Assembly (NCBI GenBank): GCA_024235015.1
Contig: JACKNG010000001.1
Coordinates: forward strand, 77,934 to 141,933
DNA: 64,000 nt
From: Gammaproteobacteria bacterium
GTDB taxonomy: Bacteria; Pseudomonadota; Gammaproteobacteria; Ga0077536
Reading direction: 5' to 3'
Position numbers and translations under genes: made by a program. Below, one piece after another: positions 56,378-64,000 of the stretch. The notes beneath the pieces were generated by a model. It was not told the DNA's origin. It saw only the letters and a list, made by a program, of their open reading frames with translations, and searched no databases. Numbering within the stretch: the stretch's first letter is position 1; every line of letters starts with the position of its first letter.

Positions 56378-57772
56378 TCAGAGCACCGGTCGCCGCAGGT
56401 GCCAGTCGGTGCGCTGCTGGTAGGCGGCGCCGGCGGCGACCAGGCGGTCCTCCTCGAAATGCCGCCCGACCAGTTGAAACACGATCGGCAGGCCTTCGGC
56501 GTTGCTCCCGTTCGGCATGATCACGCCCGGGTGGCCGGAGAGGTTGAACGGGCAGGTGAAGCGATGGAAGCCGGCGATCATGTCGTCGTCGACCTCGGCC
56601 ATGCGGGCACAGGTCGGCACCGGGAAACCGAGCACCGGCAGGGCCAGCGCATCGACGGTGGTGAAGAGCGCGTTCAGGCGGCCCCGGAAATCCTCGCGCC
56701 TGAGCAGCAGTTGCTGGTACTCGCAGCCGCTCATGCGGTTGCCGAGTTCGAGCAGCTGCGTCAGCGCCGGGCCGTAGGCGTCGCGCCGCGCCGGGAAGGT
56801 GTCGCGGTGGGCGAGCGCCGTCTGCACCGCGCACACGCCGAACCAGTCCCAGATCATGTCGGTAACGTCGGGCACGCGGACCTCGCGTACCGTGGCCCCG
56901 GCCGCGGCGAGTTCGGCGACGGCCGCATCGAGCGCCGTCGCCGTCTCGCGATCGGCGCCGGCGGCGATCCAGGCCGTGTCGATGCCGAGGACCAGCCCCT
57001 CGCAGCCGCGCGCGACGGCGGCGGCGAAGTCCGGTACCGGGCGCTGGGCGGCGGTCGGGTCGCGCGGGTCGGGCCCGGCGATGACGCCGAGCACGGCCGC
57101 GGCATCGGCAACGGAGCGTGCGAACGTGCCGACGTGGTCGAGCGTGGCGGCGAGTTCGAACACGCCGTGGCGCGACACCCGGCCCCAGCTCGGCTTGATC
57201 GCGCTCGCGCCGTTGGCCGCGGCCGGCAGCTTGATCGAACCGCCGGTCTCCGAGCCGATCGCCGCGACGCAGAGGCCGCCGACGGTAGCCACCCCGCTGC
57301 CGCTCGACGAGGCACCCGACCAGTGCGCAGCCGACCACGGGTTGCGCGGCGCCGGGAACGGCGGGCGGTGCTCGGCGTAGACGCCCTCGGTCAGGGCGAG
57401 CTTGGCGGTGAGGATGGCGCCGGCGGCTTCGAGGTGTTCGACCACGGTGGCGTCGGTGCGCGCGATGCGCTCGCGGTGGATGCCCATGCCGGCCGTGGTC
57501 GGCAGGCCGCTGACGTCGAGGATGTCCTTGATGGCGATGGGCACGCCGGCCAGTGGTCCGACACGCTCGCCGCGCGCGATGCGGGCGTCGAGCGCGGCGG
57601 CCTGGGCGCGGGCGCGCTCGCGCATGTCGGTGATGATGGCGCCGAGCGCGGGCTCGCGGCGGTCGACCTCGGCGAGTTGGGCCTCGAGCACCGCGCCGGC
57701 GGTGAGTTCGCCGGCGGCGACGCGACGCGCGAGGCCGGTGACGGTGTACGCTTCTGGGCCTGCTGGGGACAT
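56378..57772 (-). CDS. Amidase (amidase-signature family)
   Basis: 464 aa from MSPAGPEAYTV... with the AS signature GGSSSGSGVATVGGLCVAAIGSETGGSIKLPA (Ser-cisSer-Lys triad region); CAGGAG RBS. Confidence 0.85.
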   Translation of the reverse strand: MSPAGPEAYTVTGLARRVAAGELTAGAVLEAQLAEVDRREPALGAIITDMRERARAQAAALDARIARGERVGPLAGVPIAIKDILDVSGLPTTAGMGIHRERIARTDATVVEHLEAAGAILTAKLALTEGVYAEHRPPFPAPRNPWSAAHWSGASSSGSGVATVGGLCVAAIGSETGGSIKLPAAANGASAIKPSWGRVSRHGVFELAATLDHVGTFARSVADAAAVLGVIAGPDPRDPTAAQRPVPDFAAAVARGCEGLVLGIDTAWIAAGADRETATALDAAVAELAAAGATVREVRVPDVTDMIWDWFGVCAVQTALAHRDTFPARRDAYGPALTQLLELGNRMSGCEYQQLLLRREDFRGRLNALFTTVDALALPVLGFPVPTCARMAEVDDDMIAGFHRFTCPFNLSGHPGVIMPNGSNAEGLPIVFQLVGRHFEEDRLVAAGAAYQQRTDWHLRRPVL

Positions 57773-57845
57773 CGTCGGGGCTCCTGGGCGTGGAACGGGG
57801 GTGTGAACCGGCGCCAGGGTCCGGCCGGCACGGGAGGATGGCAGC

Positions 57846-58874
57846 ATGAATGAGAAAACGGGCGAGCGCGAGGGCGTGCCGGCGGACTACCCGGGGCGCA
57901 TCGTCGACTTCGGCGGGCGGGCGTCGCACATGGTCATCGCCCTGCTCGGCGTGCAGAGCACGGCTGAAGCGCAGCACGCCGCTTTCATGGACACCATGCG
58001 CGGACTCGCGCGCGAGGCACACGGCCCGGCACGGCTCGAAGCCGGCCGTCATGGTGGCAAAGTGGGTGTGCCGACGACGCTGGCCGTGGCCTACTGGACG
58101 GATCGCCAACGGGCGGATGACTGGTGGCGGAGCGGCGCGGTCTCCCGCTGGTGGCAGGGCCTGGCTTGCGACGGCGAGGCCGGTTGGTTCTGCGAGCGCA
58201 TGGCCATCCCCGAGGCGCGCTTCAACTATGCCGCCGGTACCGAGGATCGCCACGGTTCGGCCGCCACCCTGCCGCTCGCGCCGTGCAAGATCTTCGGCTA
58301 CTGGGGCGCCTACCGCGATCGGCTGCCGGCGTCGGCCGCCGATCCCTTCGAGAGCCCGCTGGCCGAGCCGCCCGCGCCGCGCGACCCGGTGACGCGAGGC
58401 CGCCGTCTCGCCGTTCGCATCCCCGACAACCTCTGCTACATCCGCGAGGGCCAGGGCTGGGCCGACTGCGGCGCGGAGGAACGCGCGGTGTGGAACGAGC
58501 AGATGAAGGACAAGGTCGACACCTGGGTGGGCCGCCTCGCCGCCGACCCGGTGGCGACCGGCTGCCTGGCCTTGCGCGACATCGCCGAGTTCGACGCCCT
58601 CACCGGCGCACCGCTCGAACGTCGTTCGCAACTCGCCTTCCTGCTCTCGCTCGGGCACATCGAACGCGCGGCGCGGACCGACCCCGCCCACCTCGCCGTA
58701 CATGGTGCCTTCGCGCAGATGTACCGGGAGCCGCGCTTCACGCCGCGCATGCACGTGTGGGTGGAGGTGGGGATCCTGAAGGAAGACGAGTTCGCGGCCG
58801 AGTACGTCAACTGTCACCCCGGGACGGGCTTGCTGCCGTTCTTCACGGCCACGCCGGTTTCGGAGCGTGGCTGA
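57846..58874 (+). CDS. Aldoxime dehydratase (haem-dependent Oxd family)
   Basis: 342 aa, collinear with Pseudomonas OxdA (GYWGAYRDRLPASAAD vs GYWGSMRDRFPISQTD; IREGQGWADCGAEERAVW; EYVNCHPGTGLL). Confidence 0.85.
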   Translation: MNEKTGEREGVPADYPGRIVDFGGRASHMVIALLGVQSTAEAQHAAFMDTMRGLAREAHGPARLEAGRHGGKVGVPTTLAVAYWTDRQRADDWWRSGAVSRWWQGLACDGEAGWFCERMAIPEARFNYAAGTEDRHGSAATLPLAPCKIFGYWGAYRDRLPASAADPFESPLAEPPAPRDPVTRGRRLAVRIPDNLCYIREGQGWADCGAEERAVWNEQMKDKVDTWVGRLAADPVATGCLALRDIAEFDALTGAPLERRSQLAFLLSLGHIERAARTDPAHLAVHGAFAQMYREPRFTPRMHVWVEVGILKEDEFAAEYVNCHPGTGLLPFFTATPVSERG

Positions 58875-59097
58875 ATCCTGGTGCGCGACGGGCAGCACTT
58901 ACCGGCAGCCTCGCCGGGAGAGTGAACCAGCAATACGCGCGGCTCAGGTGCTCCCTGCTCGCCCAGCCTGTTTGCAGATCGCCGCGTATACCGTGGGACG
59001 CAAGGCAAGACCTCACGCCGATGTTCGTTTTCATTCCTTGCGGGCACGACCATGCGCCCCGTGGAACCGGTTCGTTCCCCGCGGTATCTAAGCCGGC

Positions 59098-60351
59098 CTA
59101 CTTGCGCACGAGCGAGCGCACTTTCGAAGAGACGATGACTTCACCCTCCCGCACGTAGGCGCGGTGATTGGCCTCGGTGCGTGCCGGGTCGTAACGATAA
59201 TTCACCATCACGCCCCAGGCGTTCTGCAGGCCGACCGGCGATGGGTCGGCGTCAGCGTGGATGTCGTACAGCTCGGCACCGTTCGAGAGGTGAAAATTGG
59301 CGACCGGATCATGCGCCCAGCCGTTACTGCGCTTGGCGCCGGTCAGGTACCGCGCCGCGAGCTTGCGCGCCGCTTCCTTGCCGGGGGGCGAACCGTCCGT
59401 GCCCGCGATGTCGCCGAGCAACTCGTGGTTGCGCTCGGCACTGTCGACATAGCGCCGCAGCCCGGGTACCGGCGACAAGGTGACGTAGGTCGTCAATCCC
59501 GGGAGCTCGTCGTTCAGGTTGGCGACGACCTGCTTGATGAGGAAATTCCCGAACGAGATGCCCTTGAGCCCTGCGTGGCAGTTCGAGATGGAATAGAACA
59601 CCGCCACCTTTGCATCGACCGGATCCAGCGACTCGCGTTCAGCAGCAATGATGGCGCCGATACTCGCCGGGATGCGCTTCATCAGCGCGATCTCGACGAA
59701 GATCAGCGGCTCGTCTCCCATGGCCGGGTGAAAGAACCCGAACAGCCTGCGATCCGGATCGGCGACACGCTGGCGCAGATCGTCCCATCCGGCGATTTCA
59801 TGCACGGCCTCGTACTCGATGATTTTCTCCAGTACGGCCGCTGGCGTGGACCAGTCGATGCGCCGCAGTTCGAGGAAGCCGCGATTGAACCAGGAGGAAA
59901 AAACGTGCTGAAAATCGTTGTCCAGGCCACTCAGGCCGGGCGCCTGTTGCAGGTTGCCCAGGAGCTTCTCGCGCATGCGGACCAGGCGCGCCGTCGCGCC
60001 CGGAACGCGATTCAGCGTACGCAGTAAAGCCAGGCTGCGGGGTTCGGCGGCGTAGTGGAGGCGCCGGGTCGCGTCGGCATCACCCGCGCGCCAATCCGAG
60101 ATCGCCTGGCTCAACGAGGTCTCGTCGGCCCCGAACCTGTCCGCGACCTGCTCGAAGAACGCCGCTTGGTCGGCGGCAGCGGCTGCTTCGAAGCGGTCGA
60201 GAATGTCGCGCGCGAGCACGAGCCCCGCGGCTTCACTCCGCTCTTCGATGAGCGTGCGGCAGGCGTCGGCAATCGAGGAATCGCTGTCGACCGACCAGGG
60301 CATGCTCGAAACGCGACGAAGGATGTCGCTCAGGAAGCTCCGGCTCAGCAT
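59098..60351 (-). CDS. Malonyl-CoA decarboxylase family protein
   Basis: 417 aa with MCD family blocks (FFHPAMGDEPLIFVEIAL, FYSISNCHAGLKGISFGNFLIKQVV, LSPVPG). Confidence 0.8.
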   Translation of the reverse strand: MLSRSFLSDILRRVSSMPWSVDSDSSIADACRTLIEERSEAAGLVLARDILDRFEAAAAADQAAFFEQVADRFGADETSLSQAISDWRAGDADATRRLHYAAEPRSLALLRTLNRVPGATARLVRMREKLLGNLQQAPGLSGLDNDFQHVFSSWFNRGFLELRRIDWSTPAAVLEKIIEYEAVHEIAGWDDLRQRVADPDRRLFGFFHPAMGDEPLIFVEIALMKRIPASIGAIIAAERESLDPVDAKVAVFYSISNCHAGLKGISFGNFLIKQVVANLNDELPGLTTYVTLSPVPGLRRYVDSAERNHELLGDIAGTDGSPPGKEAARKLAARYLTGAKRSNGWAHDPVANFHLSNGAELYDIHADADPSPVGLQNAWGVMVNYRYDPARTEANHRAYVREGEVIVSSKVRSLVRK

Positions 60352-60427
60352 GTTTCAAATCCCCTGTTGATGCCTGCCAACCGCGAAATTCCGGACGTCC
60401 ACATTCCCCGTGCCGTCGCGGCAAAGC

Positions 60428-60937
60428 TCAATGCATGCCAGCGCGTGTGAACTGCACCGCGACGGCGCAAAGATACAGGCCTATTCCAAATATCGAATGG
60501 GACATCAAAGTCTTGAGCCGGGCGACGGTGGGATTCGGCGTGTTCGAAGAGGCCACGCCCATTCCGAAACAAGGCTGCATGACGAAAAAAGGGAAGACCA
60601 TCGTGGCGAGGCCGAACAGCAGCGCAGGCAGAACCGATGGCCGAGCCAGCCATGCACCGGACATCAACACGACCAGCGCAAGGCCATAGACCCCACCGAT
60701 CGCGTAATGCGCCGCCCAGCCCACGGCACATTCGTGCGGCCTCGATTCCGCCCCGGCGATGCTCGTGTGCACGAAGCGGCCACTCGGCATGTGGCAGAAC
60801 CAGCGCCCGACGATGCACCAGTTCGTCGGCGCGATTCCCACGGTGAATTTCAACGTGATGGCCCAGAGATCCAGGACCGCTGTCGCACCCAGGCCTACCA
60901 GGAGCGCCACCCCGAAGGGCTCGGTATCGATGGTCAT
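60428..60937 (-). CDS. DUF2938-like small membrane protein
   Basis: 169 aa with 4 predicted TM segments; GC (~60%) already lower than the bulk of the window. Confidence 0.5.
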   Translation of the reverse strand: MTIDTEPFGVALLVGLGATAVLDLWAITLKFTVGIAPTNWCIVGRWFCHMPSGRFVHTSIAGAESRPHECAVGWAAHYAIGGVYGLALVVLMSGAWLARPSVLPALLFGLATMVFPFFVMQPCFGMGVASSNTPNPTVARLKTLMSHSIFGIGLYLCAVAVQFTRAGMH

Positions 60938-60985
60938 GCTCGCGACCCCGGTTACGATTTGTAGCGTCGGATTCTAGCGTGAGAT

Positions 60986-61766
60986 GGTGTCAGGTTTATT
61001 TTTCGTTCAAGCCCCGGCCGGTTCCCGGCCTGCCGGGACCGAGCGCGCTCATCCGCCTTCCCAGTTTCTCCTCGATCGCCATCCGGAACCGCCTGCCGCC
61101 GGTCAACTGGTTTCGCCTAACCGCGGTGCGCACGGCCTCGTCCGTCTCGGGGCATGCCGCCGTTCTGACGAAAGCCACGTAGTTCGATAGGTCGTCGTCC
61201 GTCCCATGGGCGAGAGGTAACAGCGGCAGGGCATGCACGTCTGCCTTCGTCATTCCTGAGCGGACACTGAAACTCGACCACGGATAATCTTCCGGGGCCG
61301 CCACCATGCCGGCGCGCACCGGGTTCATTTCGATATAACGGCAGCAGGCCCAGAGATAGTCGTCGCGATCCACGAGAGAGCACTTGAAACGACCTTCCCA
61401 AAGGGTGCCGCTACGACGTTCGAGGCGATTCACGTAACGCGTTTGCCGCGCGGCTACCACGCGCATGAGTTCGGAGAGTGCATCGGGCTCGTCGTGCGGT
61501 TCGAGCAGCAGGTGGACATGGTTTGTCATCAGGCACCAGGCGTACAACCCGACTCCCCGCACCTGCATCTGTTCTATGAGGTTGTCGACGTAGTACGCAT
61601 AGTCCGCGTCGGCAGCGAAAACCGGTTTACGGTCATGCCCTCGGTGGACGACGTGATGCGGGAAGCCGGTGAGAAAGGCGCGTGGGTATCTCGGCATCTT
61701 GGAACCTCCTTGTTCCTTGATGAGTCATGGTGCCGGGTGGCTTAGTGGGAAAATAAACCTGACACC
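60986..61766. mobile_element. REP-associated tyrosine transposase (RAYT) unit bounded by perfect 17-bp inverted repeats GGTGTCAGGTTTATTTT / AAAATAAACCTGACACC
   Basis: Left inverted repeat at 60986..61002 and right at 61750..61766, read directly from the sequence; they flank the Y1-transposase gene. Coordinates ±1. Confidence 0.7.
60996..61697 (-). CDS. REP-associated tyrosine transposase (IS200/IS605 TnpA-like Y1 transposase, RAYT class)
   Basis: 233 aa from MPRYPRAFLTGFPHHVVHRGHDRKPVF..LMTNHVHLLLEP (HuH motif), with the catalytic Tyr region YPWSS typical of RAYTs. Confidence 0.8.
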   Translation of the reverse strand: MPRYPRAFLTGFPHHVVHRGHDRKPVFAADADYAYYVDNLIEQMQVRGVGLYAWCLMTNHVHLLLEPHDEPDALSELMRVVAARQTRYVNRLERRSGTLWEGRFKCSLVDRDDYLWACCRYIEMNPVRAGMVAAPEDYPWSSFSVRSGMTKADVHALPLLPLAHGTDDDLSNYVAFVRTAACPETDEAVRTAVRRNQLTGGRRFRMAIEEKLGRRMSALGPGRPGTGRGLNEK

Positions 61767-61787
61767 TTTTCTCTTGAGGCCTCAGAT

Positions 61788-62234
61788 TCACGCGACGATA
61801 CCGGTGTCGAATTCCTCGAAAACACCGTTATTGCAGCGTAGGCAAGTCCGCCCGACCATATTCTTAACGGAGAAAATGGCGGAAGCGCTGCACTTCGGGC
61901 ATTTCAATTCGTCGCGATTCAGGTCTAGGCCTGTCATATTCCCGCAAGCTTCACAGAAGCAGTCTGAAAGGAACCCGGTTCGCTTATCAAACGCCTCTTT
62001 TATTCGCGCTCGACGCGCCTTTCGATCCGAGGACCACCACCATTTTTGACCTGCGTTGAGATCGGCGAGTTCTTCTTTAGAGAATCCAAGCACTTGCGCG
62101 ACGTATTCTAATTCGCCGGGATGCGGGCAAATCTGTCGTTCCCCCAAACTCGTTGCCACATAGAACATCCCGCCCCAACCGGACGCGAGCCGCAACGCGC
62201 AGTTAGCGCACCGAATTTCGCGGATTCTCGGCAT
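61788..62234 (-). CDS. Hypothetical Cys-rich (multi-CxxC, Zn-ribbon-like) protein in the low-GC islet
   Basis: 148 aa with CANC...CPHP, CFCEAC, CPKC and CLRC; ~50% GC; a hairpin TGAGGCCTCA sits right after the stop. Confidence 0.5.
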   Translation of the reverse strand: MPRIREIRCANCALRLASGWGGMFYVATSLGERQICPHPGELEYVAQVLGFSKEELADLNAGQKWWWSSDRKARRARIKEAFDKRTGFLSDCFCEACGNMTGLDLNRDELKCPKCSASAIFSVKNMVGRTCLRCNNGVFEEFDTGIVA

Positions 62235-62239
62235 GCCGA

Positions 62240-62704
62240 TTAGGTGTTTCGTCTGTACGGGATATTGAAGACTCTCGCCAGTCCCACGTGCTCTACGGGC
62301 CGCGACTCTTGACGTTCTGATTGGCGTTGAAGCTCGTTCTTGTTTATAGCGTCCTCGATGCCGAATTTGAACATATCAATCGTGACTTGCTCAAAGAGGT
62401 CGCCCATATCGGAACTCTCTTCTCGGATACCTCGGAGCTGACTTACTACGGCGGGCAGATGCTTAACAGCGGACACTACGTGGGGCATGTGCCGACTATA
62501 GGTCTCGACGAGGGCGCCTTGGGATCTCGCCGGAAAAATGTCCTTTAGGTCAGTTAGACCACCGAAATCCTGCTGGGCTGACTTGATTGCGAAGTAATAA
62601 ATGTTGGCAATGGTGTTGACCAATTCTTCCGACAGGTCGGACGTATCGCCGAATCCGTCTCGGATAGCGGCGCGGACGCTCTCTTTGAACTTCGTTGCCG
62701 TCAT
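62240..62704 (-). CDS. Hypothetical protein in the low-GC islet
   Basis: 154 aa from MTATKFKESVRAAIRDGFGDTSDLSEELV...; AGGTGG RBS; stops 5 nt before the next gene start. Confidence 0.5.
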   Translation of the reverse strand: MTATKFKESVRAAIRDGFGDTSDLSEELVNTIANIYYFAIKSAQQDFGGLTDLKDIFPARSQGALVETYSRHMPHVVSAVKHLPAVVSQLRGIREESSDMGDLFEQVTIDMFKFGIEDAINKNELQRQSERQESRPVEHVGLARVFNIPYRRNT

Positions 62705-62722
62705 CGACGTACCACCTGAGGC

Positions 62723-62791
62723 CTAACGCCACAATGAGCCGCACTTGACGGCGACGACTGGAGCGGCAGCGAAAGGAGGAGCGGTCAAGTG
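62723..62791. repeat. Conserved upstream element, copy 1: CTAACGCC...GC(A)CTTGACGGCGAC...GGAGCGGCAGCG...GGAGCGGTCAAG
   Basis: ~70 bp homologous to 63561..63631. Contains the inverted pair CTTGAC...GTCAAG ~40 bp apart and sits ~45 bp upstream of the 62704 start codon. Confidence 0.6.
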
Positions 62792-62824
62792 TCGGCCTCG
62801 ATTGTGATGTTAGAAGGAGCTTTC

Positions 62825-63547
62825 TTACTTATCCACTGGAGGCCGCACCCGATCTAGGTATCGTGAAAGCGTTGGATTCACAACGACCTTCCCAGGTTCT
62901 TCGGAGCTTACTGATATTTGCAGGATGCCTTGTACTAGCGAATTGACTGACTTGAATGCGGCCAAAGCATCGTTCTGGATTTCGTCGATGTTCTCATCCC
63001 ATAAGTGGAAGTACTTCCTCCGCGTAGTGCGGAGATAAGTAAACGCTTCAACGTGATCTTCTGGAACGCGTTTTGTCACGGCAAGTATTCTGATCCGATG
63101 CTCTTGGCCGAGCTTTTCGAACGTGCGGCCGAAGAAAGCCCTCTCGACCTCTTCAGAGCGCTCTTCGGGGTTCTTCGAAAGAGGCTCCATCTCCCAGACA
63201 AGTTGGGCGAGCATTTCCGCGACATGTGCACAAAGCTCAATTGCGGCCAAAAACTCGCCTAAGCAATAGCACCGCTTCGCGGACTTAAAGGGAGCCAATA
63301 GCCGTTCGAATAGTTTCTCGGTATGTGGGAGAAACGGCAGGTATAGCTCCGGTGTGCTTAGTTCTGCATACCGTTCAAGCACTTCGATGGATAGAGCGGT
63401 TAAAGGCAATTCGAAGAACGACTCTGCCAACGCGTACTCATGAGACCTGCCGGGATCAATCTCCCCAGTGTGAACACGGCGAGGAAAATCGCTCCTGACC
63501 GGGACTCCCATGAAATTGAGCGTTACTTGGACCGTTCCATTGGCCAC
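62825..63547 (-). CDS. Hypothetical protein in the low-GC islet (GTG start)
   Basis: 240 aa; a GTG start follows a GAAGGAG RBS; no recognisable domain. Confidence 0.5.
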   Translation of the reverse strand: MANGTVQVTLNFMGVPVRSDFPRRVHTGEIDPGRSHEYALAESFFELPLTALSIEVLERYAELSTPELYLPFLPHTEKLFERLLAPFKSAKRCYCLGEFLAAIELCAHVAEMLAQLVWEMEPLSKNPEERSEEVERAFFGRTFEKLGQEHRIRILAVTKRVPEDHVEAFTYLRTTRRKYFHLWDENIDEIQNDALAAFKSVNSLVQGILQISVSSEEPGKVVVNPTLSRYLDRVRPPVDK

Positions 63548-63560
63548 GGATTAGCTCCTT

Positions 63561-63631
63561 CTAACGCCGCGTTAACCTGCGCTTGACGGCGACTGACCGG
63601 AGCGGCAGCGCAGGGAAGGAGCGGTCAAGCG
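63561..63631. repeat. Conserved upstream element, copy 2 (same element as 62723..62791)
   Basis: gcgCTTGACGGCGACtgaCCGGAGCGGCAGCGcagGGAaGGAGCGGTCAAGcg, at an equivalent distance upstream of the 63547 start. Confidence 0.6.
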
Positions 63632-63661
63632 TCAGGTTCAACGTTTTGTTGGGCGGCGTGT

Positions 63662-64000
63662 TCATTGATCTCGAATCTGCGAGGCCCTAATTTTCGACTC
63701 CAGATGCGGCTTCAATCTCTTTATCGTTTCCGACAGAGCGCCAATAAACCACGACGCAGCGAATGGAGAAATATAGATCTCGTCTATGAGCAGATTAACG
63801 TTTGTTCTAACGTGGCGTCCTTGGGACACATCGTAGGGTGGCGTGTAGCCAGGGTTCGAATTGGGGTTATGTAGGATAAAGAGCCTTAGCTCGTTTTCGT
63901 ATCTATAGAATTCCCGCTTGGTTGTGACCAACCGGTGCCGGCTGAGATCCGTTTCCGGAAGATAATCTCGATACTGAACTTCTCCGGCAAATATCGTTTC
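63662..64000 (-). CDS. Hypothetical protein in the low-GC islet, partial (open to the window edge)
   Basis: The track lists 63662..63931 (TTG start), but the frame stays open through 64000 (...ETIFAGEVQYRDYLPETDLSRHRLVTTKREFYRYENELRLFILHNPN...), so the gene probably starts beyond the window. Confidence 0.4.
   Translation of the reverse strand, partial: ETIFAGEVQYRDYLPETDLSRHRLVTTKREFYRYENELRLFILHNPNSNPGYTPPYDVSQGRHVRTNVNLLIDEIYISPFAASWFIGALSETIKRLKPHLESKIRASQIRDQ

Noticed and set aside
58875-59097. Possible tRNA/ncRNA in the convergent gap after the aldoxime dehydratase gene (GGAACCGGTTCGTTCC)
   Set aside because: T-arm-like pairing is imperfect and no cloverleaf can be completed. The gap may still hold terminators but nothing is assignable.
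63665-63874. 69-aa plus-strand ORF antisense to the islet gene
   Set aside because: It is fully overlapped by the better-supported minus-strand gene, has no RBS and a Arg-rich composition.
1-64000. CRISPR arrays, rRNA and tRNA genes, integrase or phage structural genes
   Set aside because: No short direct-repeat/spacer arrays, no rRNA-like conserved stretches, and no integrase or phage hallmarks were seen on either strand. The only mobile signature is the RAYT.

Overview
This is a high-GC (~68%) proteobacterial chromosomal segment, densely coding and dominated by accessory catabolic and redox genes. The GC content falls over the last ~5 kb and ends in a ~50% GC islet.

Left third (minus strand, 3.5-14.9 kb): a compact CoA-metabolism cluster. 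It holds a family-III CoA transferase, an HMG-CoA-synthase-like/DUF35 fusion, an SCP-x-type thiolase, an acyl-CoA dehydrogenase, an acyl-CoA synthetase, a MaoC hydratase overlapping a CitE-like acyl-CoA lyase, a DhaA-type haloalkane dehalogenase translationally coupled to a hotdog thioesterase, then panB and tesB. A CHASE-PAS-GGDEF-EAL signalling protein and a partial TetR gene precede it.

Middle: a RegB/RegA-type (PrrBA/RoxSR) redox two-component pair lies divergent from a c-type cytochrome gene. It is followed by an MBL hydrolase, luciferase-like (LLM) oxidoreductases, a sulfate-assimilation operon (cysH-cysG-cysI-DUF934), and an acetone-carboxylase-like operon in the unusual order acxB-acxC-acxA followed by FAH-family hydrolase and quinone oxidoreductase genes.

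Right part: an RRM RNA-binding protein gene with a ~0.5 kb leader, GST, GNAT, SRPBCC, NIPSNAP, a cyclase, a PaaI thioesterase, hisC, a GFA-family protein, two PEP-CTERM-type secreted proteins, a His-rich outer-membrane barrel coupled to TlpA, a DUF385 deazaflavin-type reductase adjacent to an LLM gene, a P450, an NtaA/DszA-type monooxygenase with TetR and AraC regulators, amidase, aldoxime dehydratase and malonyl-CoA decarboxylase. The window ends with a REP-associated tyrosine transposase (RAYT) flanked by perfect 17-bp inverted repeats, abutting the low-GC islet of at least four co-directional small hypothetical genes, two of which carry a conserved upstream element.

Other notable signals: two full-length paralogous uncharacterized proteins (one Tat-secreted, one cytoplasmic); a family of GGGGACAG...CTGTCCCC-headed intergenic palindromes; a candidate RegA box; and a sharply AT-rich divergent promoter region. 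No rRNA, tRNA or CRISPR was found.

Many long Arg/Pro-rich ORFs in the six-frame track are wrong-frame artefacts of the high GC content and were ignored.
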